Virus record (IMG/VR): IMGVR_UViG_3300046820_001270
Span: 256,001-320,000 of that record
Reading direction: 5' to 3' (one strand)
Source of the DNA: a virus
Taxonomy: Duplodnaviria > Caudoviricetes
Length of the DNA: 64,000 bases
Shown: positions 1 through 9,811 of the stretch, piece by piece
Layout: each line of letters starts with the position of its first letter
How positions within the stretch are numbered: position 1 is the stretch's first letter
Notes under the pieces: model-generated
What the model was told of the DNA's origin: nothing
The model's database searches: none
Seen by the model: only the letters and a program-made list of their open reading frames with translations
Program-made: the position numbers and the translations under genes

Positions 1-1
1 C

Positions 2-1300
2 GCTACAAGTGTATCACCAACGGCAACCCCAGTTCCACCAACTAATACACCAACACCTACAGCAACAAATCCGGCTTGTGACATAACATATAATATTGTA
101 GATATTACACCAACACCGACGGCAACAAATCCGGCTTGTGATGTAACATATAACATTGTTGATACAACACCAACACCTACACCAACACCAATTCCACCAA
201 CAGGAACTCCTACACCAACACCGACATCAACTAATACACCAACGGCAACTGCGGTACCTTCACCGACTAATACACCAACCCCAACACCAACAAGTACTTC
301 TGTTCCGGCAACACCTACACCAACACCAACATCGGTACCGGACCCAACTGCGACACCTGTTCCACCGACACCTACACCAACAGATGTAAACACATGTAGT
401 GGTATACCATATACATTAACAAATACATGGGGAGCACCAACATCAGGTATTACGTTATGGGTATCAACTAGTGGAAGTACAGCATCAAATCAAGTTAATA
501 GATTGGCAATTTCACAACCATTATTTATAAATAAAATAGACAATAATGGTGTGGATAGAACATCGTACTTTGGTGCGATAACGGGAAATACATTTACTAT
601 GACAATATGTCAAAATGGAAATTCCGCAATTTATTCAGGTATAACCGGATCTCTTGCATATAATGGAACAAGTTATTTTCAGTTTGATGCGACTAAACTT
701 TCATTGGTACAAAGTTCTCCAGTTTCGGCGTTTACGTTTAATGAATTAGTTTATTTCGATATAACAGTGGGAGGTTCACCGGCACCAACATCTACGCCAA
801 CGGCAACAAGTGTACCACCAACTAATACACCAACTCCGACACCTACGGCAACTGAAGTACCCTCACCAACTAATACTCCAACCCCAACTGCTACCGACAT
901 ACCATCTACTCCAACACCGACACCAAGTTTATTATTTCAAGTAGTAAACAATACAACAAGTAGAACTATTACGGACATAAAAATTAGTGGTATTACACAA
1001 ACATTAACAAGTGGTTCATATCCAATTACCACAGGTCAACAAGCTGGTTCATTAACACATCCATCATTTGATGGTGTACCACCAAATATAATGATAGTAT
1101 ATGTTGGTGGGTCGGGTAATTTCGTATATAATATCAAACAAAACGGTTCAGTTGCGTGGAATTATGTTGGTGCTATGAGTGGAAACTTCATTGTACCTCC
1201 AATCACATTTGATAGTACTGATGAAATAATTCTTACAATAGAAAATTATGTTTCATCAACACCAACTCCAACACCAACTAATACGCCAACACCAAGTTAA
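2..1300 (+). CDS. Pro/Thr-repeat fibre-like or virion accessory protein, 5'-truncated by the window edge
   Basis: Frame 2 is open from base 2 to TAA at 1300 (ATSVSPTATPVPPTNTPTP...). The track's TTG start at 503 is internal. It contains PT tracts, two NPACD(I/V)TYNIVD repeats and globular segments. Confidence 0.8.
   Translation, partial: ATSVSPTATPVPPTNTPTPTATNPACDITYNIVDITPTPTATNPACDVTYNIVDTTPTPTPTPIPPTGTPTPTPTSTNTPTATAVPSPTNTPTPTPTSTSVPATPTPTPTSVPDPTATPVPPTPTPTDVNTCSGIPYTLTNTWGAPTSGITLWVSTSGSTASNQVNRLAISQPLFINKIDNNGVDRTSYFGAITGNTFTMTICQNGNSAIYSGITGSLAYNGTSYFQFDATKLSLVQSSPVSAFTFNELVYFDITVGGSPAPTSTPTATSVPPTNTPTPTPTATEVPSPTNTPTPTATDIPSTPTPTPSLLFQVVNNTTSRTITDIKISGITQTLTSGSYPITTGQQAGSLTHPSFDGVPPNIMIVYVGGSGNFVYNIKQNGSVAWNYVGAMSGNFIVPPITFDSTDEIILTIENYVSSTPTPTPTNTPTPS
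61..180 (+). repeat. 60-bp tandem repeat, 2 copies (ATNPACDxTYNIVDxTPTPT)
   Basis: Bases 61-120 and 121-180 align with few mismatches. Confidence 0.9.
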
Positions 1301-1314
1301 ACTATTTATAACAT

Positions 1315-1671
1315 ATGGAATTCTTTATAAGACAAGGGGCATCTGACCCAATATTAAAGATGAGAATGATTGACGACGGTAAAAACGATAAGTCATCATT
1401 CAATGAAATGTTAGCAAGTGGTACTACAATCACCTTTGAAATGTCTGATGTGACAACGGGAGAACCTATGGTATTAGGATCTGAATGTCTTTTAACCAAT
1501 AGAACAAAGAAATATAACTATACAACTGACGAATATTATATCACACATAGATTTACAACCGAACATACATCACAAGTAGGAAGATATGAGGGTAAAGTAA
1601 CAATTACGTTTGATAATGGTAATATCCTTATCCTACCCGTTAAAGAAAAACTTTACATCAATATTTTTTAA
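1315..1671 (+). CDS. BppU N-terminal-like (DUF2479-like) baseplate/fibre adaptor protein
   Basis: 118 aa, beta-rich, ending GRYEGKVTITFDNGNILILPVKEKLYINI, which resembles the BppU_N pattern G-x-Y-x-G-E/K...F-x-D/N-G...P...L-x-I. TATTTAT motif at 1303. Confidence 0.55.
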   Translation: MEFFIRQGASDPILKMRMIDDGKNDKSSFNEMLASGTTITFEMSDVTTGEPMVLGSECLLTNRTKKYNYTTDEYYITHRFTTEHTSQVGRYEGKVTITFDNGNILILPVKEKLYINIF

Positions 1672-1761
1672 TACCCCATTTTTTAATTATATTTATTAAT
1701 GTAAACAAGGCAAACTGTGGTTTTCCACAAGCTAATACGTCACATTAAAAAAATATAAAAC

Positions 1762-4659
1762 ATGAAAGAGGTTATCTCTCAGGAAGTTATTGAAGGCTTC
1801 CTCAATGGTGGCGACGATGAAATGTATATCGTTGGTGTCGAATACGACTATCCCACAAACACAATCTTTAAAATTATTCAAGACCCTGAACAAGGGAAAA
1901 TCGTTAAACCTGACACATTTACACCGTTCTTATGGGTAGGTGATTTGACGGGTATGAATTTCTACGGAGATTCAAAGTCAATGCAGAAAAAACGTATGGG
2001 TGAGTTTGGTATTCTAATTGAAAAGTTAGATACTCACGGCAATGAACGTTTAGAAAATGGTATGACCCATATTGTTAGAAGTATTAAATCTTATACGGAT
2101 TTAGTATCATTCTTTAGAATGGGTGGATTAAATCCTTGGGATGAAAAGTGTAGACATTTATTTACTATCTTAAACCCCGTAGAACAATATCTCATACAGA
2201 AGAAAAAAAGATTATTTAAAGGTATTGATGATTACGGTGGAGTAAACAGATTTGTATTCGATATTGAAACCACAGGTCTTGATCCTGAGACTTGTATTAT
2301 TATATTGATTGGAGTTAAGGACAATCGTGGTTTAAATGAAACAATTCCTGCATTTGGTGAAGACGGTGAAAAGAAATGTATTGAGAGATTTTTCCAATAT
2401 ATTAAAGACTTAAAACCAACCATTGTTGCGGGTTATAACTCAGCCTTCTTTGACTGGCCGTTTATATTAAAACGTGCTGAAATACTTGGTGTCGATGTTA
2501 ATGGTTTAACACAAATCTTTACAACGCAAGGAATGAAAGAGAAAGAAGGTATGTTAAAACTTGCTAATGAAATTGAACCATATAAACAACACGTTATATG
2601 GGGTTTTAATATTATTGATATTGCACATTCTGTAAGACGTGCTCAGGCAATCAATAGTGAAATTAAAAGTTGGGGATTAAAATATATTACAACGTATTTG
2701 GAAAAAGAAAAACCTAATCGTGTGTATGTAGATGGTGCAAAGATCTCTAAAATATATTTAGATAACGAAAGTTATTATGTAAATCCAAAGACAGGTGGTT
2801 ATAAACAAATTGGAGAACCCGGTACAGAAAATTTAACACAAAAATACCCCGGCAAGTTTGAGATATGGACAGGAAGAAAAATTGTGGAACAATATCTAGA
2901 TGATGACTTGTATGAAACTATGGTCGTAGATGATAGTTTCTCTCAATCAACATTTTTACTTTCTAAATTGGTTCCTACCACGTATGAAAGAATTGCAACA
3001 ATGGGGACTGCAACACTGTGGAAAATTATCATGTTAGCATGGTCATACGAACATAACTTAGCAATACCGGCAAAAGATGAGAAACGTGCATTCACAGGTG
3101 GATTATCTCGTTTATTAAATGTGGGTTACGCAAAGAACATTGTTAAGTTTGACTATTCATCACTCTATCCATCTATTCAATTAGTGTATGATGTGTTTCC
3201 TGATTGTGATGTTATGGGAGTACAGAAATCAATGTTAAAATACTTCCGTAATATTCGTATTAAATATAAAAACTTAGCCGGTGAATTAAAGAATAGTGAT
3301 CCTGTTATGTCTGAGGTATATGATCGTAAACAATTACCAATTAAGATTTTTATCAACGCATACTTTGGTTCATTATCAGCACCACATGTATTCCCTTGGG
3401 GAGAAATGAATTCAGGTGAAACTATTACCTGTATTGGTCGTCAGTGTTTACGTATGATGATTATGTTCTACATGAAGAAGGGTTATAAACCTCTTGTAAT
3501 GGATACGGATGGTGTGAACTTTGAAACACCTGAGAGTGCAAAAGATGCTGTGTATGTTGGTAAAGGATTAAATGAATTAGTAACCGAAGGAAAAGAATAT
3601 ACGGGTATTGAAGCACATACTGCGGAGTTCAACGATATATTCATGAGAGGTGAGATGGGTTTGGATATTGACTATGTTGCACCGGCTTGTATTAATGTTT
3701 CTCGTAAAAACTACATCATCAAAATGATGAAGAAAGGTAAAGAGAAAATTAAATTAACGGGTAATACAATTAAATCAAAAAAATTACAAACATATATTGT
3801 TGAGTTTTTAGATGAAGGATTAAAGTATTTGTTAAATGGTGATGGACATTCTTTTGTAGAATTATATTATGATTACGTAACAAAGATTTATGATAAAGAA
3901 ATTCCATTATCAAAGATTGCAAACAAAGCACGTGTTAAACAAAGTATTAATGAATACAAAAAGTATGTAACTAAAACTACTAAAGCTGGTTCATTAATGT
4001 CACGTCAAGCACATATGGAATTAATTATGAGAAGTGATTATCCCGCAGGTTTAGGAGATACAATTTACTATGTTAACAATGGTTCTAAAAAATCATCAGG
4101 TGATGTACAGAAAATTACTAAACCAACAAAGAAACAACAAGAAGAATTCACCGCAAAGAATGGTTATCCAATGCCAAATGATTTTATTGAAGTGAATTGT
4201 TACATGATTGACGAAAAAGAAATATTAAATAATCCCGATTTAAAAGGTGATTATAATGTTCCTCGTTATCTTAATAACTTTAACAAACGTGTTGAACCTT
4301 TATTAGTTGTTTTTAATCCGGCAATTAGAGAAGATATATTAATTGAAGATCCAAAAGATAGACAATACTTTACAAAAGCACAATGTGATCTTGTGAATGG
4401 TTTTCCATTAAAAGAAGAAGGTCAAGATAAGTTAGATGAGGTTATGACTTTATCTGATAGTGAAGTAATATTTTGGAATAGAGTTGGTCGTGATCCTTAC
4501 TTTATGTATATTGAAAATAGTTTAGAACTTGCTGACCAATATTGGGTGGAACATAATAGAAAAGTTGTTACACTCCAAGCTGATAGTATTAAATCTAATG
4601 AAGAAGAAATAATCGAGAATAATAATCACGATTATGCGTTTCATGCAATCGAAAGTTAG
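1762..4659 (+). CDS. polB: Family B DNA polymerase with 3'-5' exonuclease
   Basis: ExoI FDIET, ExoII YNSAFFD, ExoIII YLDDD, motif A DYSSLYPS, motif B KIFINAYFG, motif C MDTDG. Confidence 0.96.
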   Translation: MKEVISQEVIEGFLNGGDDEMYIVGVEYDYPTNTIFKIIQDPEQGKIVKPDTFTPFLWVGDLTGMNFYGDSKSMQKKRMGEFGILIEKLDTHGNERLENGMTHIVRSIKSYTDLVSFFRMGGLNPWDEKCRHLFTILNPVEQYLIQKKKRLFKGIDDYGGVNRFVFDIETTGLDPETCIIILIGVKDNRGLNETIPAFGEDGEKKCIERFFQYIKDLKPTIVAGYNSAFFDWPFILKRAEILGVDVNGLTQIFTTQGMKEKEGMLKLANEIEPYKQHVIWGFNIIDIAHSVRRAQAINSEIKSWGLKYITTYLEKEKPNRVYVDGAKISKIYLDNESYYVNPKTGGYKQIGEPGTENLTQKYPGKFEIWTGRKIVEQYLDDDLYETMVVDDSFSQSTFLLSKLVPTTYERIATMGTATLWKIIMLAWSYEHNLAIPAKDEKRAFTGGLSRLLNVGYAKNIVKFDYSSLYPSIQLVYDVFPDCDVMGVQKSMLKYFRNIRIKYKNLAGELKNSDPVMSEVYDRKQLPIKIFINAYFGSLSAPHVFPWGEMNSGETITCIGRQCLRMMIMFYMKKGYKPLVMDTDGVNFETPESAKDAVYVGKGLNELVTEGKEYTGIEAHTAEFNDIFMRGEMGLDIDYVAPACINVSRKNYIIKMMKKGKEKIKLTGNTIKSKKLQTYIVEFLDEGLKYLLNGDGHSFVELYYDYVTKIYDKEIPLSKIANKARVKQSINEYKKYVTKTTKAGSLMSRQAHMELIMRSDYPAGLGDTIYYVNNGSKKSSGDVQKITKPTKKQQEEFTAKNGYPMPNDFIEVNCYMIDEKEILNNPDLKGDYNVPRYLNNFNKRVEPLLVVFNPAIREDILIEDPKDRQYFTKAQCDLVNGFPLKEEGQDKLDEVMTLSDSEVIFWNRVGRDPYFMYIENSLELADQYWVEHNRKVVTLQADSIKSNEEEIIENNNHDYAFHAIES

Positions 4660-5771
4660 ATTACAATAATGGATGAAGGCATTGCTCTATACTTAAGTGC
4701 CTTATTAAGATTCTCCGCTTCGTTACCTTTCCTCTCAAGGATTTTATCGGGGCGGAGTCTTTCTAATCTAGCCATAAGTTCTTCCACTAATTTAGACTTC
4801 TCATCCTTACCTTCCGTAATTAAAGATTGGTAATCTAGTTTAACCTGACTATCGGGAACTTGTAAATCACCTGAGAATTTACCCCAAATACGACCTAATC
4901 CTTCCTTAGCATACGCAATCAAATATTTTCTAACCCAATTTTGTGCGGGTTTATTTAACGATTCCCACATCAATTGTTCAGTTTCAACATCTGAAGGTAA
5001 TTTAATAACATCTTTGTTGTTTTTTAAACAAGTATCTCTATCCATAGTATCGTAGTACCAATACCAAACGTTATAATTCTTTTGAGCTATTGCACCAAAA
5101 TCAAATTTACCACCGGGTACATTATACAAATGAATTAATTTTTTTCCTTCAGGTCCAGCTGTAATTCTATATGTTAAATCACCACCAATTAATCTATTTT
5201 TCATAGATCTATCTTGCATCCTTAATAATAAATCAAATGCTGGCATCATAAAATAAGAACCCGCATTACCCATTTGAGCGAAGCCACCCATACCACCAAT
5301 ACCCATACCACCAAGTCCACCAAATCCTGCCATAAACGGATCAACAAATGAATCGTTTAATTCTGCACGAGTAAACCATAATAATTCATTTATTTCACGA
5401 CCGGCGGGAATTTCATAAACTTGAGTTCCACCTGTAAGTGTAAAATAATCTTTTTTCAATTCCCAATCTCCCCCTGCTTGTAAACCTACAATTTTGGAAT
5501 ATGAGTGAGTATATTGTGTTTCGTAATCTAAACTTCTTGTTGTGAATGCTCTCGATAATGATTGTGTATCTATATCTAATCCAGCAAGTGCTGACCACTG
5601 AGATTCAATCAACCAATCACTAACGTATTGTTCGTATTCAGATAAAGCCAATTCCATGAAAGTATCCATTTGTTCTTCGGTAAGTTCAATACCACGAACT
5701 GGCATACCTAAAAGGTGAAATACTTGTGTATATAATTTATCCTTTTCTGCTGGTGAAATAATTTGAGACAT
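4656..5771 (-). CDS. Neck / head-completion protein (T4 gp13-like)
   Basis: N-terminus LGMPVRGIELTEEQMDTFMELALSEY matches the gp13 pattern LGxPvxxvElTxxQ. C-terminus WVRKYLIAYAKEGLGRIWGKF. Confidence 0.8.
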   Translation of the reverse strand: MSQIISPAEKDKLYTQVFHLLGMPVRGIELTEEQMDTFMELALSEYEQYVSDWLIESQWSALAGLDIDTQSLSRAFTTRSLDYETQYTHSYSKIVGLQAGGDWELKKDYFTLTGGTQVYEIPAGREINELLWFTRAELNDSFVDPFMAGFGGLGGMGIGGMGGFAQMGNAGSYFMMPAFDLLLRMQDRSMKNRLIGGDLTYRITAGPEGKKLIHLYNVPGGKFDFGAIAQKNYNVWYWYYDTMDRDTCLKNNKDVIKLPSDVETEQLMWESLNKPAQNWVRKYLIAYAKEGLGRIWGKFSGDLQVPDSQVKLDYQSLITEGKDEKSKLVEELMARLERLRPDKILERKGNEAENLNKALKYRAMPSSIIVI

Positions 5772-5809
5772 AATTTGATTTATTAATATAAATATCCTAT
5801 ATTTCTATT

Positions 5810-6013
5810 ATGAACGAGAAACTAAACGAATTATTCAGTATCTGTGGGATTAACGACTTCATATTCCACTTACAAAAAGAGGGAGAAACTAACTTTATAA
5901 ACTATACTTTAGACCCTAAAACTATTGTAGTGAATATTCCCGATATTGAAGATAAGGAGTTGGATCGGTTATTAACTGATAAAATTAAGGAATTAAAGGA
6001 GACTTTTAAGTAG
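5810..6013 (+). CDS. Small hypothetical protein (67 aa)
   Basis: ATG-started ORF filling the gap between two minus-strand genes, with normal composition. Confidence 0.6.
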   Translation: MNEKLNELFSICGINDFIFHLQKEGETNFINYTLDPKTIVVNIPDIEDKELDRLLTDKIKELKETFK

Positions 6014-7744
6014 GTCTTTACTGAAAGATTCCGAATATTCTCCGTCACCCATTACTTGGTCAATGACGTTCTTTTTCTTTTGTAAAATATTGTAAATTAC
6101 TTTTTCAATCGTATTCTCAAAAACGGGGTAATAAACCAATACACTATTCTTTTGTCCATAACGATATGCTCTATCTTCACCTTGTGAATGATCTGCCGGT
6201 ACAAATGATAAGTCATTCATAATAACAACTTCAGCGGCGGTTAAAGTAATACCAACACCGGCCGCCTTAATGTTACCGATGAATACTTTTATTTTATCTT
6301 CGTTTTGAAATCTATCAACCGCATCTTGTCTTTTATCTTTAGACATACGACCATCAAGTGTTACAGAATTCTTTTTATATTTGTCATGTAACATATCAAG
6401 TGTCATAGTGAAGTTAGTTAACACAATAACTTTCTTTCCTTGTTCTAAACATTTATCTATTAATTCACAAGTGTATGGAATTTTTTCATAAGAAATAAGT
6501 TGTCTAATTTTCATTAAACGATTTAATGTAACACTAATTGTTTCGTCATTTTTCTTATCATTCGTAATTCGTGTAAACTCTTCTAACTCTTCATCGTACA
6601 TTCTACTTGTAAGTTCTACAAATACGGGAGTGACAATCTTTTCTGGTAAGTCAAGAATATCAGTTTTCATTCTACGAAGAACATATGATTTAGTTCGTTC
6701 ACGAAGTTCATCTAAATTACTTGCACCGCTTGTATTCCATACCTTTCTATTACCGACTGTGAATTGATAACCTTTACAATATCTACGAACATATGATTGC
6801 CAATTTAATGTTAAAGGTGAATCGACAATTTTTAATAAGTTAAAATAGTTGATTGGTCTTGATGTCATTGGTGTTCCCGTTAATAACCACACTTTAGGGA
6901 TTTGTTCTAATACATCATTTAATAAACGTGTTCTATTTGCTGTAGTATTTGAAATATAATGTGCTTCATCTACAATTGCCAAATCAAACTTTTCATTTAC
7001 TAATAATTTATAATCATCACTATCTTCACTCTTATCCGTTGTATGATAGTTCTTAATAATATCATAATTGATAATATAAAAATCAAATGTAGATCCCCAC
7101 TTACGTCCTTCAACAATTAACACACGTCTATCTGAATAGTTTGCTATTTCTCTTTGCCAATTAATTTTTAATGAAGCAGGACAAACAATTAAAACTTTAT
7201 GAGCACCACTTTCTAATGCTCCAATAACCGCTGACGTAGTTTTACCCAAACCCATATCGTCAGCAAGAATAAACTTATCATTTGCCAATAATTTTTCAAT
7301 CGCCACTTTCTGATGTTCCATAGGTGGACGAACGTCATATGGACTATAATCAATAACTCTATTTAATTTCTTTTCCTCTTGAACGATTGCCGCCTTAGGT
7401 AACCACATTGCATGATTTTGTTGACGTTCAAATACTTTACCCCAAATATGATACGCCTTATCAGACTCACATAATAATTTCTCACACCATACTTTATCGG
7501 GTGGTGTTGGTAATAACATATCTTCCATTAATTTCTCACCAAACGTAGAGACGATATTGATATGTTTACGTGCGACTTTAGGTGTTGTATCTTTATACTT
7601 GATGACATACTCCGACTGTGGACGAGTTAACTTAAAGTTTTTAACTTCCACAAATTTGCGTTTGTATTCTAATAAAACATTATTAGATCCCTCATATTCA
7701 TTTAATATATCCCTTGCCTCAACCTCGGGTATTTTTCTTTCCAT
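5993..7744 (-). CDS. SNF2/SWI2-family helicase (HARP/SMARCAL1-like)
   Basis: Motif I LADDMGLGKT, Ia VCPASLKINW, II DEAH, III LTGTP, IV-VI LDGRM, AAGVGITLT, QGEDRAYRYGQ. Confidence 0.93.
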   Translation of the reverse strand: MERKIPEVEARDILNEYEGSNNVLLEYKRKFVEVKNFKLTRPQSEYVIKYKDTTPKVARKHINIVSTFGEKLMEDMLLPTPPDKVWCEKLLCESDKAYHIWGKVFERQQNHAMWLPKAAIVQEEKKLNRVIDYSPYDVRPPMEHQKVAIEKLLANDKFILADDMGLGKTTSAVIGALESGAHKVLIVCPASLKINWQREIANYSDRRVLIVEGRKWGSTFDFYIINYDIIKNYHTTDKSEDSDDYKLLVNEKFDLAIVDEAHYISNTTANRTRLLNDVLEQIPKVWLLTGTPMTSRPINYFNLLKIVDSPLTLNWQSYVRRYCKGYQFTVGNRKVWNTSGASNLDELRERTKSYVLRRMKTDILDLPEKIVTPVFVELTSRMYDEELEEFTRITNDKKNDETISVTLNRLMKIRQLISYEKIPYTCELIDKCLEQGKKVIVLTNFTMTLDMLHDKYKKNSVTLDGRMSKDKRQDAVDRFQNEDKIKVFIGNIKAAGVGITLTAAEVVIMNDLSFVPADHSQGEDRAYRYGQKNSVLVYYPVFENTIEKVIYNILQKKKNVIDQVMGDGEYSESFSKDLLKSLL

Positions 7745-7799
7745 CGTATTATATATAATATAACTAAATAGAATGTATTATTAAACTATTTATTAGGAT

Positions 7800-8312
7800 A
7801 TGAACAATAAACTACCAATTACTCGTTTAGGTAAATTCTTCTCTCAGGACGACTTTGATATCAATATCCAGATGGGTCAGGAGTATCTACACGGGGATTT
7901 GAATATGAAATTGGTCTTATATCGTGTTGATAGACAAAAGACCGATAATGACGACGTATACGCTGAGGCGGGTATGGACGAAATTAAGTTTTTTCCACCG
8001 GTTGAGTTTAATGCGTTGGTTAAGATTGAAGAACCTAAAAATTCTACTTACACCAAAGGTCTTATGAGATATAACGAACCAGGTAATTTAACATTATCAG
8101 TTTATATCACACATTTACAAGAATTAGGAGTTGATATTAGATACGGTGATTATATTGGTTATGCAGATTCGGAAGAAAAATTAAGATATTACACGGTAAC
8201 AAATGATGGTAGAGTAACGTCAGATAATAAACATAAAATGTTTGGGTACAAACCACACTACAGAACTGTAGTTTGTGCTCCAACACAGGAAGGAGAATTT
8301 AGAGGAGTTTAA
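7800..8312 (+). CDS. Head-closure / neck protein (T4 gp14-like)
   Basis: LVLYRVD...DDVYAE...KFFPPVEFNALV pattern, positioned between gp13-like and gp15-like genes. Confidence 0.6.
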   Translation: MNNKLPITRLGKFFSQDDFDINIQMGQEYLHGDLNMKLVLYRVDRQKTDNDDVYAEAGMDEIKFFPPVEFNALVKIEEPKNSTYTKGLMRYNEPGNLTLSVYITHLQELGVDIRYGDYIGYADSEEKLRYYTVTNDGRVTSDNKHKMFGYKPHYRTVVCAPTQEGEFRGV

Positions 8313-8313
8313 T

Positions 8314-9573
8314 ATGGGAATACCTAAAAGAAAAAACATGATTGATGTTTACGGTAGTAAGAATACTTACGAGGGTGAACATATAGGAAAAAGAAGACAA
8401 GAGTTATTGGATAGAATAACTAAGTCAGATTCTTTTTTACCTGATTCCATTTTACATGATGATTTGGACAGAGGTATGTTAGATTATGTTAAAAACACTT
8501 TTAAAGTTGTTTCTGACGGAACACAAATACCTGTTATTGATAAAATATTAACAATCCAAAGATGGGGTGAGTTTACCGCAAATTGGGAATTTTCAGATGG
8601 AGATGGAAATGTTAAATTACCTTTCATTGCAATTATTAGAAAACCCGACGCTCAATTTGGAACTAATCCATCAATTCAGAGAACTATTCCTGACAGACAT
8701 CAATTCCATTATGCGACAGTTCCAACTTGGGACGGTACATCTGTAGGTGCGGACATTTACAAAATACCACAACCAATACCGTGTGATATAACATATGATA
8801 TTACAATTGTTTGTAATAAGTTTAGAGATTTAAATAAGTTTAATAAGATTGTTTTACAGAATTTCTCATCTAGACAAGACTACACACAAGTTAAAGGACA
8901 TTATATACCAATCGTTTTAGACACAATTGAAGACAACACACCAATGGAAACTTTGGACGGTCGTAGATTTTATATTCAAAATTATAAATGTACGATGTTG
9001 GGATTTTTAATCGATAGTGATGAATTTGAGGTGAAACCAGCTATTAGTCGTTCTTTCATTGTTAATGAATCTTTAGGTGGAGCTACATTCAAGAAAAAGT
9101 ATATTAGTAAATCTATTGATATAGTTATATCGACAATTATTGCAGGGGATAATCAAACAACCTTTACGGTCGGTGAAAGTATTACAGTTTTATTTAATGT
9201 TGCGATAAACGGTATTGTACAAGAAAAAAATGTTCATTATAGACATTTAGGCGGAACATCTAATATAATATTTGATTTAGCTGGAACACCTGAACAAGGA
9301 GATATAATAACAGTTAGTTATTATAAAGGTAAGAATAATAAAATGTATGATCAATTCGGTCATGAATTAACGGTAGGTAGAGAAAGTTTTACCTTTAATG
9401 GTGTTAGTTTATCATTTGACCTTGACGAAAAGATAAGTTCAATTATTAGTATCACAACTAACGGATTGGTGGAGTACAATGACGAAGGGTACCAACTAAC
9501 AGGTAATAATCAAATTACTTTAACAAGTGCACCCGTAAACGGATCTAAAATAGATTTTGTTTATCTATATTAA
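8314..9573 (+). CDS. Tail terminator / sheath stabilizer (T4 gp15-like) with two C-terminal beta-sandwich domains
   Basis: PIPCDITYDITIVCNKFRDLNKFNKIVLQNFS resembles gp15 PVPYxxxxxLxI...DxxQIxEQIL. The ATG at 8314 directly after the upstream stop is the more plausible start than 8275. Confidence 0.7.
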   Translation: MGIPKRKNMIDVYGSKNTYEGEHIGKRRQELLDRITKSDSFLPDSILHDDLDRGMLDYVKNTFKVVSDGTQIPVIDKILTIQRWGEFTANWEFSDGDGNVKLPFIAIIRKPDAQFGTNPSIQRTIPDRHQFHYATVPTWDGTSVGADIYKIPQPIPCDITYDITIVCNKFRDLNKFNKIVLQNFSSRQDYTQVKGHYIPIVLDTIEDNTPMETLDGRRFYIQNYKCTMLGFLIDSDEFEVKPAISRSFIVNESLGGATFKKKYISKSIDIVISTIIAGDNQTTFTVGESITVLFNVAINGIVQEKNVHYRHLGGTSNIIFDLAGTPEQGDIITVSYYKGKNNKMYDQFGHELTVGRESFTFNGVSLSFDLDEKISSIISITTNGLVEYNDEGYQLTGNNQITLTSAPVNGSKIDFVYLY

Positions 9574-9728
9574 TCGTCCCCGTATATGTCCTTCTTTTTA
9601 GGTTTACAAAGTTCTTCTATATGTTTTTCTAAAACTTTATAGATTTTTAAACCATTCTTATCACAATAATTTTTTAACATTTCGTGATGTTTCTCACTTA
9701 TTTTAACATTTTTTTGAGTGTTTTCCAT
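9570..9728 (-). CDS. Ribbon-helix-helix (CopG/Arc/MetJ-like) DNA-binding protein, 52 aa, not in the ORF track
   Basis: MENTQKNVKISEKHHEMLKNYCDKNGLKIYKVLEKHIEELCKPKKKDIYGDD: alternating beta strand (NVKI), helix, G turn, helix. It has its own TATTTAT motif at 9746-9752 on the minus strand. Confidence 0.7.
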   Translation of the reverse strand: MENTQKNVKISEKHHEMLKNYCDKNGLKIYKVLEKHIEELCKPKKKDIYGDD

Positions 9729-9730
9729 AT

Positions 9731-9811
9731 AAAAGATATTAAAAGATAAATAACTATCTTTTTAATAAAAGTTGGGAAATCTTTGATAAAAACAAAGATA
9801 TTTATAAGATA
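9731..9811. promoter_or_regulatory. Divergent control region with repeated AAGATA boxes (candidate RHH operator)
   Basis: AAGATA at 9733, 9743, 9795 and 9806, with inverted TATCTT at 9755. The boxes overlap both TATTTAT motifs. Confidence 0.45.
9799..9805 (+). promoter_or_regulatory. TATTTAT putative late-promoter element (representative; 16 upstream copies are listed in findings)
   Basis: Recurs 4-66 nt upstream of 16 gene starts, always in the gene's orientation. Confidence 0.65.

Noticed and set aside
503-505. TTG start called by the ORF track
   Set aside because: The frame is open from base 2, so the real start lies outside the window.
1709-1735. c-di-GMP-I (GEMM) riboswitch suggested by GGCAAAC
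   Set aside because: It lacks the GNRA-capped second stem and the GACGCAAAGC-type segment. It is kept only as a generic leader hairpin.
5270-5340. Gly/Met-rich stretch in the neck protein as a separate repeat element
   Set aside because: A short low-complexity loop (GFGGLGGMGIGGMGG) within a gp13-like protein, with no evidence of independent function.
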